The notes beneath the pieces are model-generated. The model searched no databases, had not been told where the DNA came from, and worked only from the letters and a program-made list of their open reading frames with translations. From Octopus sinensis (taxonomy: Eukaryota), in contig NC_043009.1 in assembly GCF_006345805.1 (NCBI RefSeq), forward strand, positions 16,306,001 to 16,370,000: a DNA stretch of 64,000 bases. Direction: 5' to 3'. The position numbers were made by a program, and so were the translations under genes. Below, one piece after another: positions 12,910-25,991 of the stretch; positions within the stretch are counted from its first letter, which is position 1; each line of letters starts with the position of its first letter.

Positions 12910-13037
12910 GAGAAAGCGAATGTATATATGTCTATGGAGGTATGTATATGTATAAGGAAATATTTATCAATTGTTCTCCGGAACTTGTTGACAAGGTATC
13001 AGTCATTTTTAATCATACCTGAAATATCTATGTTACT

Positions 13038-13097
<60 letters not shown>

Positions 13098-13351
13098 GTG
13101 TGTGTGTGTGTAAGAGTATGTACTATGATGGAACAAAAGAGAATCAATTCGTCTCCACAAAAACCTTTTAGAAAGAAAACTAGAGCTTAATGTTTATAAA
13201 CTTATAAATTTCTCGTTGTCCGGAAGTCGGTTGGAAGTACTCAATATTCAAATCTTTATTGGTTCATGGATTAAAATTATTTGGGACACAACACAAACAC
13301 ATATTTATATATATATAACTAAATAAATATATATATATATATATATACGTG

Positions 13352-13540
13352 AGTGGTAAGAAGATTGTTTCACAACCACATAGTTCTGGGTTCAGTCCCA
13401 CTGCGTGGCACCTTGGGCAAGTGTCTTGTACTATAGCCTCGGGTCGACCAAAGCCTTGTGCGTGGATTTGGTGGGTGGAAACTGAAAGAACCTCGTCGTA
13501 TATACTATATATATGAGTGAAACAAATAAAAGAATAAAAG
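13352..13540 (+). mobile_element. SINE family A, internally deleted
   Basis: Head gtggtaagaag...ggttcagtccc joined through (TA)n directly to the tail tgaaacaaataaaag. Confidence 0.85.
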
Positions 13541-13699
13541 AACATATATATATATATATATTTCATGACCCTATACTATACGTTTTAGAACGAAGTGTGA
13601 ATTTTATTCCATTCTGAAAATATAAAGCAAATGATGGTTTGTAGAAAGGAGCCTTCTTCGAACTCTAAATTAGAAGGCTTAAGAATGAAAGTTAAAAGT

Positions 13700-13870
13700 G
13701 CTGGCGAATAAATTATATTGACCTCAGTACTCAACTGGTATTACTTTTTATCGATGCCGAAAGGATAGAGGGCGAAGTCAACCACATCGGAATTTGAACT
13801 CAGAGCACGAAGACAGACGAAATGCCGCTAAGCATTTTGCCTGGCGTTCTGAGGACTCTGCCAATTCGCC
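13700..13870 (-). mobile_element. SINE family B
   Basis: Reverse-complement core ttatcgatgccgaaaggat...ggaatttgaactcag. Confidence 0.8.
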
Positions 13871-14511
13871 TTTTTAATATTCACTAATGTCGACCACAGA
13901 TAATTATCAGAAGGGATCAATATCACTAAATTTGGTAATATTAACAAGAGTTAATTTTGGCCATGTTCCTGAACTCTGTTATTCGCCAACTGACATTACT
14001 TCTATATTTGACCTTAGCTTTTAATAGGGGTTGACAGACAAAAAGGAAATTTTACTTTCCGCGTCTAGAATAGGACAAGTCCTGAACGTTTTAACGATCT
14101 CATAAAAACTCCGGCGTTCAATCCCCAATAGTGATTTTTTTTATTCTTGCAGAAGGTTATATGTCTTTAGGCCCACGTTTGATAAAACATTTCTTGTCCC
14201 TCATCTTTCTCTTTATAACATAATTCTTGTTCTAATCAGAGACCACGTCGAAGGCGTTATGAGATCTCTTATCGTTTGACAAATTTCATTATTTCTTTAT
14301 TTACTCACTTAATATACGAAATATATAAAACTTGTAGATTATGTACAAGATAAAAATTATTAGAGTTTGTGATAAACATTGTTCAAGATAATTCTTTCTT
14401 ATCATTTCGATATTACTATCGATTATTTAACATGTTAATCATAACATAGCTACAAGTAAAAAGAAGTGTCATGTGTAACTGAAGACATTTTTCATACACA
14501 CATATTTATGT

Positions 14512-14550
<39 letters not shown>

Positions 14551-14904
14551 TTACAGGAAACATATATGGAGGTAAGTTATACAAGAGCAAATATATACAA
14601 ATTTAGGGTAATATAACTCTATACATCTATACTAATATAAGCGAAATTCTGTTTGTCCGTCTGGTACCCCTGTATCTCAGTCTACATTTGCTCTACATAG
14701 ACATAATATTCCTTTTTGGAATGAGGATGATCCCGGGAGTGAACATCTGTCCTTCATTTGGTTCTTGATCATCCAGCATTGGGATCTGACTTAAAAGATT
14801 TGGTTTGCTATTTCTAGCAGGTAAAGCGACTGTGAGAGGTTTCAATGCCATAGTACAACAGTGACTTCCCTTAACTTTAAGTTTAATTAAGGAATTTAGT
14901 GGTT

Positions 14905-15100
14905 CTTTTACATTTTTCAGTTATCAGGCTGCGGCCACACTGAAACACCGCCTTGAAGAATTCTAATCGAACAAATCGACACCAGTTCTTCCTTTTTATG
15001 CCTTGTATTAGCGTTTTTACCGAACCGCTAAGTTACGTGAATGTATACACAACAACATCAGCTATCAAGCAATGGTGAAGGTCAAACACAGACACCAAGC
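14905..15100 (-). mobile_element. SINE family A, 3' half, diverged
   Basis: Reverse-complement ccgaaccgctaagttacg and accgcctt...atcgaacaaatcgac. Confidence 0.75.
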
Positions 15101-15549
15101 CACAATACATATATACATAAGCATGTATGTGTATTTGTTCTATTCAAATTTTAGAACTCCAAAAATTTGCGAACTTGCAAGTTTTTCATTTACACTGAAT
15201 ATAAAGTAATACAATATTGGTAGGGTACCTTTATGTGTTTTATTAGTACCGGTCTCTTAGTTTTGGGACGCAGGCCCAATTAGCCCTCCGCAGGAGTTAA
15301 CCTACAAGTCCGCAACGAATGCGGCCTTTAAGCTAGTAACAAATAAGATAAATAGATATATTTGAACGATATATTGAAAGAGTTAGAGAAATTAGCATAT
15401 CTTTCAGTCTTGCACCCAACAAATATGAATTGAATCACAGAGAATTTGAAATAGAGAAAGAAGAGCAGAAACAATATCGGTGATCGATACTGAATACTTA
15501 CACACCCAACAATAATCATATACATATACATACGTATATATATATATAA

Positions 15550-15873
15550 TCAAAAATAAGCAACACGAATAACTTCGGTAATTTGGTACGATCGTTTCAC
15601 GCTACATCATTTTGTTAAATATTGTAAGTATTACAACCGTTTTAAAATGTTGAGCAATCATCAGCCATTAATAGAGGTTTTCCATTAATACATAATTTTC
15701 ATATCAATTGATAACATTATAGAGAAGGTACGTATATAGACAAAGATGTAGATTTAAATTTTAAGAACATTAAGGTAGTAGAATTTATCAACTGACTGAA
15801 GAATATTCAGAATTGATATGAAAATTATGTATTGATGGAAAACGATCGTAGTTATTCTTGTTGCTTATTTTGA
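15550..15873. mobile_element. inverted-repeat element whose arms are two copies of one terminal sequence
   Basis: tcaaaaataagcaacacgaataact / agttattcttgttgcttattttga, and ttttccattaatacataattttcatatcaatt / aattgatatgaaaattatgtattgatggaaaa. Confidence 0.85.
15584..15667 (-). ncRNA. type I hammerhead ribozyme motif
   Basis: Minus strand: tgg CTGATGA ttgctcaacatttt...aaaatgatgtagcgt GAA ACGATCGT A cca. Stem III is palindromic, stem II extended, and its closing pair is a U.U mismatch. Confidence 0.65.
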
Positions 15874-16181
15874 CTATAATCACCCCAAGAATTTATATGG
15901 ATAACACCATACAAAATTCTGGTGCGTCTTACTTAAGTACCATATTCATTTGAATCTAAATTTTCCTGAACTTATATATATATATATATATATATACTAC
16001 ACTAACTATGCCTGAAAATTACGTTATACATACGCTGTGGAATACTCAGCCACTAAATACATTGTAATTCAATGTGCAGGTAATTATTTCAGTTGATCGA
16101 ACAACTCAATCCCTATCGTAGTAAGCGATAGAAAAACCACCCAGATAGATAAATCGATAGGTAGATAGATAGATCGATAGG

Positions 16182-16299
<118 letters not shown>

Positions 16300-16364
16300 T
16301 GTATATATATATATGCATATATATGTGTGTATATAAATGCACACGTGTGTGTGTGTGCAGTCTA

Positions 16365-16520
16365 GTTGATTTCATTGACCTGGCTACTTAACTGGTACTA
16401 TTTTATCGACCCCGAAACGATGAAAGTTAAAGTTGGTCTCTGCAGAATCTGAACGTAAAAATAGACGAAGTCTCGCTACGCATTTCCTCGGCGCGCTAAA
16501 GGTTCTACCAGTTCGTGCTC
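16365..16520 (-). mobile_element. SINE family B
   Basis: actggtactattttatcgaccccgaaacgatgaaag (reverse-complement core). Confidence 0.8.
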
Positions 16521-16780
16521 TTAACTGAAGGAAATAGTAAAACCTGTGCATACGCGCATGCGTCCCCTGTTTGTCTGTTTGTATGTATGTGTGTATGTGT
16601 GGGGAGGTGTTATGTATTGAAGTTCTTTTGCGTATTCGACTGTTTCCATACTCCTGATTCTGACCAAATGAACAATTCTTGTAGTGCATGTTTCCTTCAC
16701 GTGAAACTCTCGAATCAGTAAAGAGATGAAATTTCTAAATATATTGTGTGTTTGTGTCTATGAAAGTGCGATGTGTGCAC

Positions 16781-16835
<55 letters not shown>

Positions 16836-18356
16836 TGTTTGTGTACATGTGTAAACGTGCGTATGTGGCGGCGTCTTTCCAACAATTATAGAAATGATAG
16901 AAATGTGGAAAGTTAAGGAGAATAAATCGTAGTTCAGCGGATGACTATGATGGTAGTGTATCTGAAATAATCTGTAATTCAAGGGAATATATGAAATTAG
17001 AAAGATAATCTACGCGAATGAACGTGCGTTGGTAAATTTAATAACAATGAATTTAATGTTTGTGCATTATGCAGCGATAAAATTGATGTCACATCTAGAT
17101 AATGAGATTTATCTCAAAATATTGATTCAAGAAAATCACAACCGAATTGCGCTTCGCCAACAAGAAAATTCAGAAAAGCCAATCGGGTTTTATCTTTCTT
17201 TTTGCATAATGAACTGATAATTTCAAAAATTGCATTTCCTACTGAGAAAGTTTATTCGAAATGGATGTAAAAAAATACTATTATCTAATTTGTCTTTTGA
17301 ATTAGAAAATCGTCACAAAGGAGCCGATTGATTCTCACGGGTTTGGTCGATGAATGTGACGAAGATTTGTTGTATCCGATAAAAAAAGCTTAACGTTGGA
17401 AATAAGGTTAACGATTATAAGCAGACAAATTGCTTCATACGAGTAAATATTCGTGTCAAAGCCCAGAACCCAAATTATGTAAATTATGTTATCTTAACTA
17501 GATACTTGTACTATTATATATCTCATGATATCTAAGGTGGCAAGCTGGAAGAATCAGTACACAGTCGTCTCTTTACTTTCTGTGTTCAATTACCGCCGGA
17601 GTCAGTCTTACTGTTCATCCCTGTAAGATCGATAAAATAAAATAATAACCAAGTACTCGGGTCGATGGTATCGCCTGTTCAGCCCCCTTCAATACTGCTG
17701 TTTTTTCTGTTAAATTAAAAATAGCTGTATCAGATATAATCATGACGATAAATATTTATTACTCTTATTACTATTATCAGCCATTTGCAAGCAATGAATA
17801 TTTTATTTATTTCATTCTAGTTGAGTAAGGGACATTTGATTGACTTTGCTTATCAATATTGTATTAATACTATTTGTTTCGAGTCTGGGAAATGAGAAAT
17901 TTGACGTTCAGGCCTTCTCTAAGAACATTAAAAGACTGAAATGATAGAACTACAACCACCAATCGAACACTCTTTATAAAAGATAATTGTCATTTACAGC
18001 AAGTTCAGAGAATTAATGTTCTGCGGGGATTGATTTAGAGTGTCGTAATGAACCTCTACAGATGACATAGGAACTACTTTTCAATGGAATAGCAAAGATT
18101 ATCTCTTTGAGTTCTCTACTGATTCGTAACTTCATTATGAAGCAATCTGACAGTTTTACAGGCCGTGTCATACTGGAAGGCTTTATTTTCTGTGACATGT
18201 TACCTTTTCCTACAAGACAGCTTGATTTGCCAGCATTACAGAAAATTGAATTAATACTCCGGTTAATGTTTACAATTTGGTTCAGGCAGTTCACAGTTTA
18301 CATCCACAGTTTTTACTTCATATTTTAGAAACGAGTTTGTAAGAACAATATTTATC

Positions 18357-18488
18357 CTAACTGCCTGACTGCAATTGTAGAAAGACTGTTAATAGATCTA
18401 CTAAAAAAGCACAAAGAAATCCATTGACAGGGGTTTCGGTTATACAAATAATGATAGCGACTGTTATGAGTATCAAAACTTTTCTCAT
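18357..18488 (-). CDS. candidate 43-aa secreted or membrane micropeptide
   Basis: MRKVLILITVAIIICITETPVNGFLCAFLVDLLTVFLQLQSGS*: basic n-region plus hydrophobic core, in a repeat-poor stretch. No homology recognised. Confidence 0.2.
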   Translation of the reverse strand: MRKVLILITVAIIICITETPVNGFLCAFLVDLLTVFLQLQSGS

Positions 18489-20741
18489 TGAAATTTTATC
18501 ATCGAGTCTCAAGAAAAGTTTATCGTCATCGGAATTGTCAACAGTTCGTGTCCTACGAGCTGTACAGTATTTCGAAAAGAGATATGACACTCAATAGTTA
18601 AGTTTACATAACTATGAATAAGTCTCATAAGCTAGAACATATTGTTGCTTTAAGCATCAATTGCTAAAATCTGAAATTATTTTTTTTTCCAATGGAAAAT
18701 TGAAATATGGTTTCTTAATTATCTAGAGCTTATATCATGATTTTAAATTTATATTATCATTATATCATCATTTTAAATTTTCTAGTAGACTGAATAAAAT
18801 TGGTTAAAAGTGAGACCTGTTAATAAAAAGAATGGATTAAATTCATTGTGCGGTATTTTTAGAAAACTTGTATTTCTACATAAAAGAAATTCTAAAGATT
18901 ATTAGTATTCTAAAGCTGGCGTAATCAATACCATATCCTAATCAATTAAATCTCCAGTGCATATACATGAATACGAGCCAATGAGTGAGCCTCTTCGTGA
19001 TCGCTCAACCCGCTAGAAAAAGTCATTATTTTCTGTTTCAGGTAATGTGGTCATGACCAATCTTAAGGGAAAAGATGGGATGACCACAACTGGAATGCTC
19101 GCTCAGAGATGACAGGACAGTTGAACAACAACACCAACTCACAGAATATCCAAGTTGAAAAAACTATTGCATTGAAATGATACATCTGTTTCACTGCTTA
19201 AATCAAAACTATATTGTATCAAAGCTGAATTGTCTCGTATTTTACGGATCGATGATGCTACAGAGAAAATCTTTAAGTGATATTATGATAAAAGGAATTA
19301 TAAACCAAAACCCAATAGCTTATTTTGGAGTCTCTTATGAGTTTTATCAATAACAAAGCCACGCAATTATAAGGAAAAGTAACTTTAGTTATATACTGTA
19401 TTTAGTTTTACTTAAAATTAATAAAACAGCCAAACAACCAAACAACCAATGATAAATAGCAGCAAGCTAGGGAGAGAGAGTGTGGGGAGGAATAAATGAA
19501 ACGAAAGATACAAGGAATAAAGATGCACAAAACCATATAATGAATTTTTTATAAGCCTAATATTCTATTGTTAGCACAAAGCTTCTTTCTGGTTCATTTG
19601 GTCTCAGTATTTTTCAATCAACCTCGTCCGACATTTCATCAAATTATTGTATTTTAACAGAGGTCATTTAACAGAGGTCATGCGTCACTGAACTGGTCAA
19701 TGTTTTGTATTTTGGGTCCTTTTTAGCTGCTATGTACTTTTTGTTTGTATGTTGTTGTACACACACTAACATACAAAAAAATATAAGAATACGTTTATGT
19801 AAGTGAATGTGTACTTGTTTAGCGGGGTGTACGCATGTGAATGTGCTTGTGAATAATTTCGATTGATTATGTGTATATTCGATAAATACTTGCCAGACGG
19901 AATTTCAATGACTAGAGAAAGAGAGGACTAAATACAAGTATAAAAAAACACAATGGCCAAATGGAACCGTTTCTTATTATTCACATGCCTATAATTTGGG
20001 GTGTGTCATAAATGTCAACTTTTATTCTTACATTTGTAAAGTTCAGTCTTCATATTAACGTCCAAACGAAACGGTATGCCGACTCTTCACGATTTCACAA
20101 GAATGGATTTGCAGGATGCGCACCAAAACCTATTACTTACAAACCAGATGTTGCCACTGTATGCTCATGCGGCTTGTTAGAAATAGCAATATTTTTTTTT
20201 GCCTTAAAAGAGTAAAGAGGCGTGTGAATTCTAGACATAACAACGATTGACATGATTACGTTTGATCAAAGTTCTTCTGAAGTTCTTCTGGCACTAAACA
20301 GCATTTGTTCTTTATTATACCAACCCTCAATACCAAAAGGTACACGAGCTACTTCTCTATTTTCCCAGACTTTGAAACTGTCACCCGATACTGATACTAT
20401 TTGATGCGTTTTGTTTCACATATGCCCAAGGGCAGCTAACAAAAAAGTGCAAAGGCTTATTGTGAATATCAGTTTAGTGCTTGTGCACCAGAGAATGCCT
20501 TGAGATTTCGATATCTGTATTAATCACTTGTCTCTCTCATTCCCCTATTACCAGTTTCTCTCTTTTGTGTGTTTTTTAACCTCTCTCCCTCTCTCTCCCT
20601 CTCTTCTTTATCTATCTCTCTATCTCTTTCTTTCTTCTTTTTTTTCTCTCTTCTCTCTATCATTTCAACTGATTTTAATTAACTTCTTCAGAAAGTAAAA
20701 TTCTGTGGATTACGAACAAATATTGGCCTATTTACCACATG

Positions 20742-20818
<77 letters not shown>

Positions 20819-21097
20819 GTAGACAGACAGACAGGTATGTAGATAAGTAGGTAGGTAGGTAGGCTGGTAGGTAGGTAGGTAGGTAGGTAGGTAGGTAGGT
20901 AGGTAGGTAGGTAGGTAGGTAGGCAGGCAGACAGGCAGGCAGGTAGGTAGGTAGGTAGGTAGGTAGGTAGGTAGGTAGGTAGGTAGGTAGCTAGGTAGCT
21001 AGGTAGGTAGGTAGGTAGGTAGGTAGGTAGGTAGGTAGGTAGGTAGGTAGGACGGGAGGTGGGTAGGTAGGTAGAGAGATAGATATATACATACATA

Positions 21098-21160
<63 letters not shown>

Positions 21161-21329
21161 ATGTGTGTGTGATTATGTATGCGTGTGTGTGTATAGGAGA
21201 CAGAAAGAAAGAAAGAAAGAGGTGAGTGACACAAATCTACACATATACCTTTTATCTTTCATTTGTTTCAGTCATTAGATTGTGGCCATGCTGGAGCACC
21301 AGCTTGTAAACTATGTTAACTTTTAAAAG

Positions 21330-22325
21330 AAAAGGTTGAATAGTGACTTCGATTTTTTTGGCTTAGTCACTTTAATTAGACTGCGCTTTGCTTGATTTTT
21401 GCGATGAGGGGTCTTTATATAGTCTTTTTGCGGGGAGGGGGTCTTTATATAATCTTTGGCAACTCTGTATTTTGGGTAAGGTGGATGATAGTTAGAAGTG
21501 CTGTAGGTAGAATGGAAAGTGTTTCTATAAGAAATGGGAATAGAGGGGGATGGGATGAAAGTATCAGTTTGAAGGGTGAGGGTTAATAAAAAGTTACAGG
21601 GAAGAGATTCATTTCGGTTTGGTGAGGAAATGTTGTTGTCGTTTAGAGTTCAGTCAAGCGTGCAAGGAACGGTTAAAACAGCTGTTTCAAATTCTGGTCA
21701 CAACATTCTTTTATAGAAAGTTGGTTTCGTTATGTTTTTTGAGTAACAAAAGAATGTTTATAAATAAATCAGTTGGGTACGCATCATAGGTGAGACTGGA
21801 GATGAATTGTTGTTGGTGTTATCAGATTTACTTAAAGAAATTTAAAACTGGGTATCTTGGAAGTTTGGGTGGAAGAGAATATGTTAATATATTTCAAAGG
21901 GTTTTCTTATCTTTCCAGCATCTATTTATATTGCACTATTATTGACAAATGTACATTGTAAACAAATGCATAGAAGTAATTTTCATAACTATATGCATCT
22001 ATACAACGTTAAATATATTAAGAATGTTATGACCTCAATTGGACATCTTTTTACACCTTTCCTTGCAAGACTCACTAAACTCGAAACAATAAAAATATTT
22101 CTACTTTGAGCCAAAATAATCTCCACGTTGTAACTTTCTATCAACCCACACCTTTTGAACGCATACTTTCATCCTGTCATCCCTCCTATACTATCACTTG
22201 CTACACACCACACTTAATTATCACTCACATAGCCAAACATTTATAATGCCCCACCAAAATATCCTAGTAAAGAACAGTCTGATGGAGGTAAAAAAAGCCA
22301 AAACTTTGAAGTCACTCTCAAACTT
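21330..22325. mobile_element. two diverged inverted copies of one repeat, each ending in a decayed hammerhead-like motif
   Basis: ggatgaaagtatcagtttgaagggtgagggttaataaaaagttaca (21.55 kb) aligns with the reverse complement of about 22130-22195. The termini 21333-21365 and 22293-22325 also align inverted. Confidence 0.6.
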
Positions 22326-22751
22326 ATCCTTGAAGAAATTCACATGAATTCTATTTCAAAGCTTTGATTACTCTTTCAGATCATATCAAATTATTTTATG
22401 AATGTCTTGGGATAAAAAGAAACATTATACATACATGTAAAGGGAGGGGGGAGAAAGAGTGAGAGAAATAGAAAGAGAGAGAAAGAGGGAGGAGGAGAGA
22501 TACATACATACTGTAAAACTTTCCAGACGTTTATCGTTTAAATGTATACAAGCATGTCTAGATATGCAACTATATGCATGAGAATACATACATAAAGCAA
22601 AACATACAAATCGGCACATATACATACAAACAAAAATACCCTGTTGTTGATGTTGAAATTCCAACGAAGGGGCCTTGAATCTAGGTAAGAAACCGGCTCT
22701 TTCACTATTGGCAAGAAGCCTGGAAATAAAACTGAACAATGACATACATAC

Positions 22752-24230
22752 ATTGGAGTTTGGTCAGGATAAATGTTGCTTTATGGTTGTGAAAAGAGGA
22801 AAAGCAGTAAACCAGACCAGCAGCATCTCCATTAATGACTTAACCGTTTCCCTTATATCTGATGGGGAATGTTACAGGTGTCTAGGGGTGGATGGAAATA
22901 TATTTTACAATGGCACCTGTAACAAAACACGTGTCACTAAAGAATTTTTCTGCCAAATAAAGAAAATTCGAGCCTCGGAACTCTCTGCATTCAATAAAAC
23001 AGTGGCTCAAATTATGTTGGCAGTGTCAGTACTCATATCAATATTTGTGCTGCTTGATTGAACGCTTGATGAAATCCGAGCAATTGATATGAAAACCCGG
23101 AAAATACTAACAAGCACACAATTTTCACATCAACAGTGACGCAGATCGCCTCTACCTAAAACGAAAACAAGGTGGCAGAGGCTTAACATCGATCCAAACT
23201 GCCTTTGAATGTCGTATCACATCCCTTTGGCAACATTTTTTAATCCCAAAGTTTCGCAGTGCATCCTTTGAGCAATTTTGAATAAATGAGTCTGATAACA
23301 TCATAAGATTTGGAAGGCAGCTCCTTGAGCAGCATTCCTTCTTTGATAACCTTAAATACATGCCCAGAGAAGTCTCACGACACTACCATAATATATACAG
23401 ATGAAAGGATGAGCCTATATGAGCAGAAGACCATGCATGGATATGTTAATAGAAAGCTTCGAGATGATCGTAACGTTGGTCATCGAAGTAGTCTATCAGG
23501 GATCAACAACCGGATTATTACCTCTCACTTTCAAGGGTATGCGTTTGCAATCCAAGACAAGGAAATATCAACCAAATACTTGATGCACAAAAGGGACAGA
23601 GATGCAGGAAAAGCAGCAAAATGTGACAACCTATGCAGACCTTGTGGAGTTAACACCGAAGATATTACCCGCATCATAAGCAGTTGTTCAAAAATGTCAC
23701 TACGGTATTATCTACCGATGATATATGAAGCTGTAGCTAGGATATTGTATAACGAGATCAGCCGAAAGGATATTGCCGTGAATAAAGAAATAAGAACCCA
23801 TAGTACCATGGAAGCCATAGCCACTCATAATAAAAAGGAGTACGACCCAATGTGAAACGACCCAATGAAAACTTCAATAAAATGTAAATACAGCAGACCT
23901 GAGATAATGATTTGGAATAGAGAAGAGAAACTGTGTGCAGTTGTGGAAATTAGCTGCCCAGCGGATGTTAACATAAAGCTGAAGATCAGTGAAAAAGAGA
24001 ATGTCTACGCTGAACTATTGAGAAATCTGAAGTTACGCTATCCAGATTGCAAGTTCAGGTTTATATCTGTAATTATTAGGCCCTTGGGATATGTAACACA
24101 CTGCCTAAATACCAATCTTGAGAAATTAGGCTTCTCAGAACCAGAAAGGAGAAAGCTAATTTGAAGACTACAGATCCAAACCATCACTGAAACAGTAAAA
24201 ACCTGTCAAACCTCCCAGAAGTTTATCAGT
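22752..24230 (+). mobile_element. 5'-truncated RLE-type non-LTR retrotransposon (R4/NeSL-like), frameshifted
   Basis: LEFGQDKC, DRLYLKRKQGGRGL, CCHC-like CRPCG..EDITRIISSC, endonuclease RPEIMIW..VVEISCP..K..EKENVY. Starts after acatacatacat and ends before (ATAG)n. Confidence 0.9.
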
Positions 24231-24289
24231 TAAATATATATTTGTATTATTCTATTTATTGTACTAACTAATAAATGTTGCAGCGTAAA

Positions 24290-24565
<276 letters not shown>

Positions 24566-24629
24566 TTAGTTAATAAATCATATAGTATACACCTGGTAGT
24601 TTGCCGGTAAAACACGTTCACTGCCTTAG

Positions 24630-24906
24630 TGTTAGTTGGGTATTTGATGAGAGAGACGGAAGCTGGAATATACGAGAATCTTTATTGATCACTAAAGTTG
24701 TTTTGACCCATCTAGCATAGATCCCGCGCGAGTGGGCTACAGAACATCTGGTTTAGGTGTGTCCCTCGGTGTAGATGTGTCTCCTCGGATGATTTCAAGA
24801 GGTATCTCGTTAAAATAAACTGTTTCGCATTATTCTTTCTTGGTTTTAGTGTATAGAAATCACAAATTAAGGTAGACAACTTCATTCTTATAGAAGACCC
24901 ATAACA
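24630..24906 (-). mobile_element. candidate solo LTR
   Basis: TGTTA...TAACA termini and AATAAA on the minus strand; no TSD. Confidence 0.3.
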
Positions 24907-24965
24907 AATATCAGATCAAAACAGAAACACATACGTAATACAGCGAAAGAAATATTAGGTATAAC

Positions 24966-25289
24966 TGTTAGTAGATATGGATGTACAAATGTCCAGAAAT
25001 ACGTAGCCTGGCGCACGTACACTTGCTCGTAATAACGTACACACACATTCAAGCACATACGCGCGCTCGCGTGGTTTGGCGCAGATACACTCGCACTCAG
25101 AATTAAGTAGATATTAATAAAGTCAGTACCTATTACTAGCTAGTAGTGCGACTCCGCTTGGTCAGTTTTCATAGATTCTGTAGTGCGGTTCACTGGGTCT
25201 GGTTGGTATACTTATAGCAGTTGTACAGTTATGAATACGGACCTAAATACTGACATAGTAGATATATATTTTTTAATGAGCTGCTAACA
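24966..25289 (+). mobile_element. candidate solo LTR
   Basis: TGTTAG...CTAACA termini, AATAAA near 25116, flanks taac/aaac (4-bp TSD with one mismatch). Confidence 0.4.
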
Positions 25290-25773
25290 AAACAAACGAT
25301 AGCCTGTAGACAGCATCAATGCCAGTATTAGGATCTCCAGTGTATGTAGGCATAGGTTTCTTGCGTTTTCATCCCACGGTGAGGGATGCTTATTAAGAGA
25401 CTCAGGTTGGTATTTTTCTCATTTTAAGCGGTATGCAAGGGCCAAGGAGTATCCTAAGTGATGTTGGCAACTAGTGTGGCATTGTGTTTTTAAGATGGCG
25501 AGGTTGCAGTTATTCATCCATACATTTAGGTAAAGTATGTTTATTTAGTCAACGATTACGCTAATTCATACCCACTGTATTGTGCAAAATTACATTTAGT
25601 AGCATGCAAGCATCTTGATAGTCTTTCAAAATCCTATTTATGAGCTTCTCATTGGATCATAAAATGGACAGCGATTCCTCAGAGCACAGTCTGCATCTCC
25701 TGGAAAGTACATTATGCGGTTGTACATGTCTTGGTATGGACCAAGTGATATTATATTTAATCTTATCCTCCTT

Positions 25774-25850
25774 AACAAACAAGATGAGGACAAATATCTG
25801 TCAAATGTAAATAATGTACATAATGTACATAATTCCTCATCTCTTAAATA
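25774..25850 (+). mobile_element. downstream fragment of the hammerhead-bearing repeat at 46.5 kb
   Basis: aacaaacaagatgaggacaaatatctgtcaaatgtaaataatgt is near-identical to about 46619-46662. Confidence 0.8.
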
Positions 25851-25909
25851 TAGAACATTCTTGTATCTTCCATCTTAATCAAAAATATATATAAAGGATT
25901 ATTATTTTA

Positions 25910-25991
<82 letters not shown>

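Noticed and set aside
14626-14680. atctatactaatataagcg resembling a Helitron 5' end
   Set aside because: No matching 3' hairpin-CTAG end found.
19950-20520. Protein-like stretches on both strands (WPNGTVSY; QIVSVSGDSFKVWEN)
   Set aside because: Stops in all frames, no splice signals in register, no family recognised.
21755-21810. NVYK*ISWVRIIGETG resembling GIY-YIG
   Set aside because: In-frame stop, no downstream R/E/N motifs, and on the opposite strand to the element's hammerhead relic.
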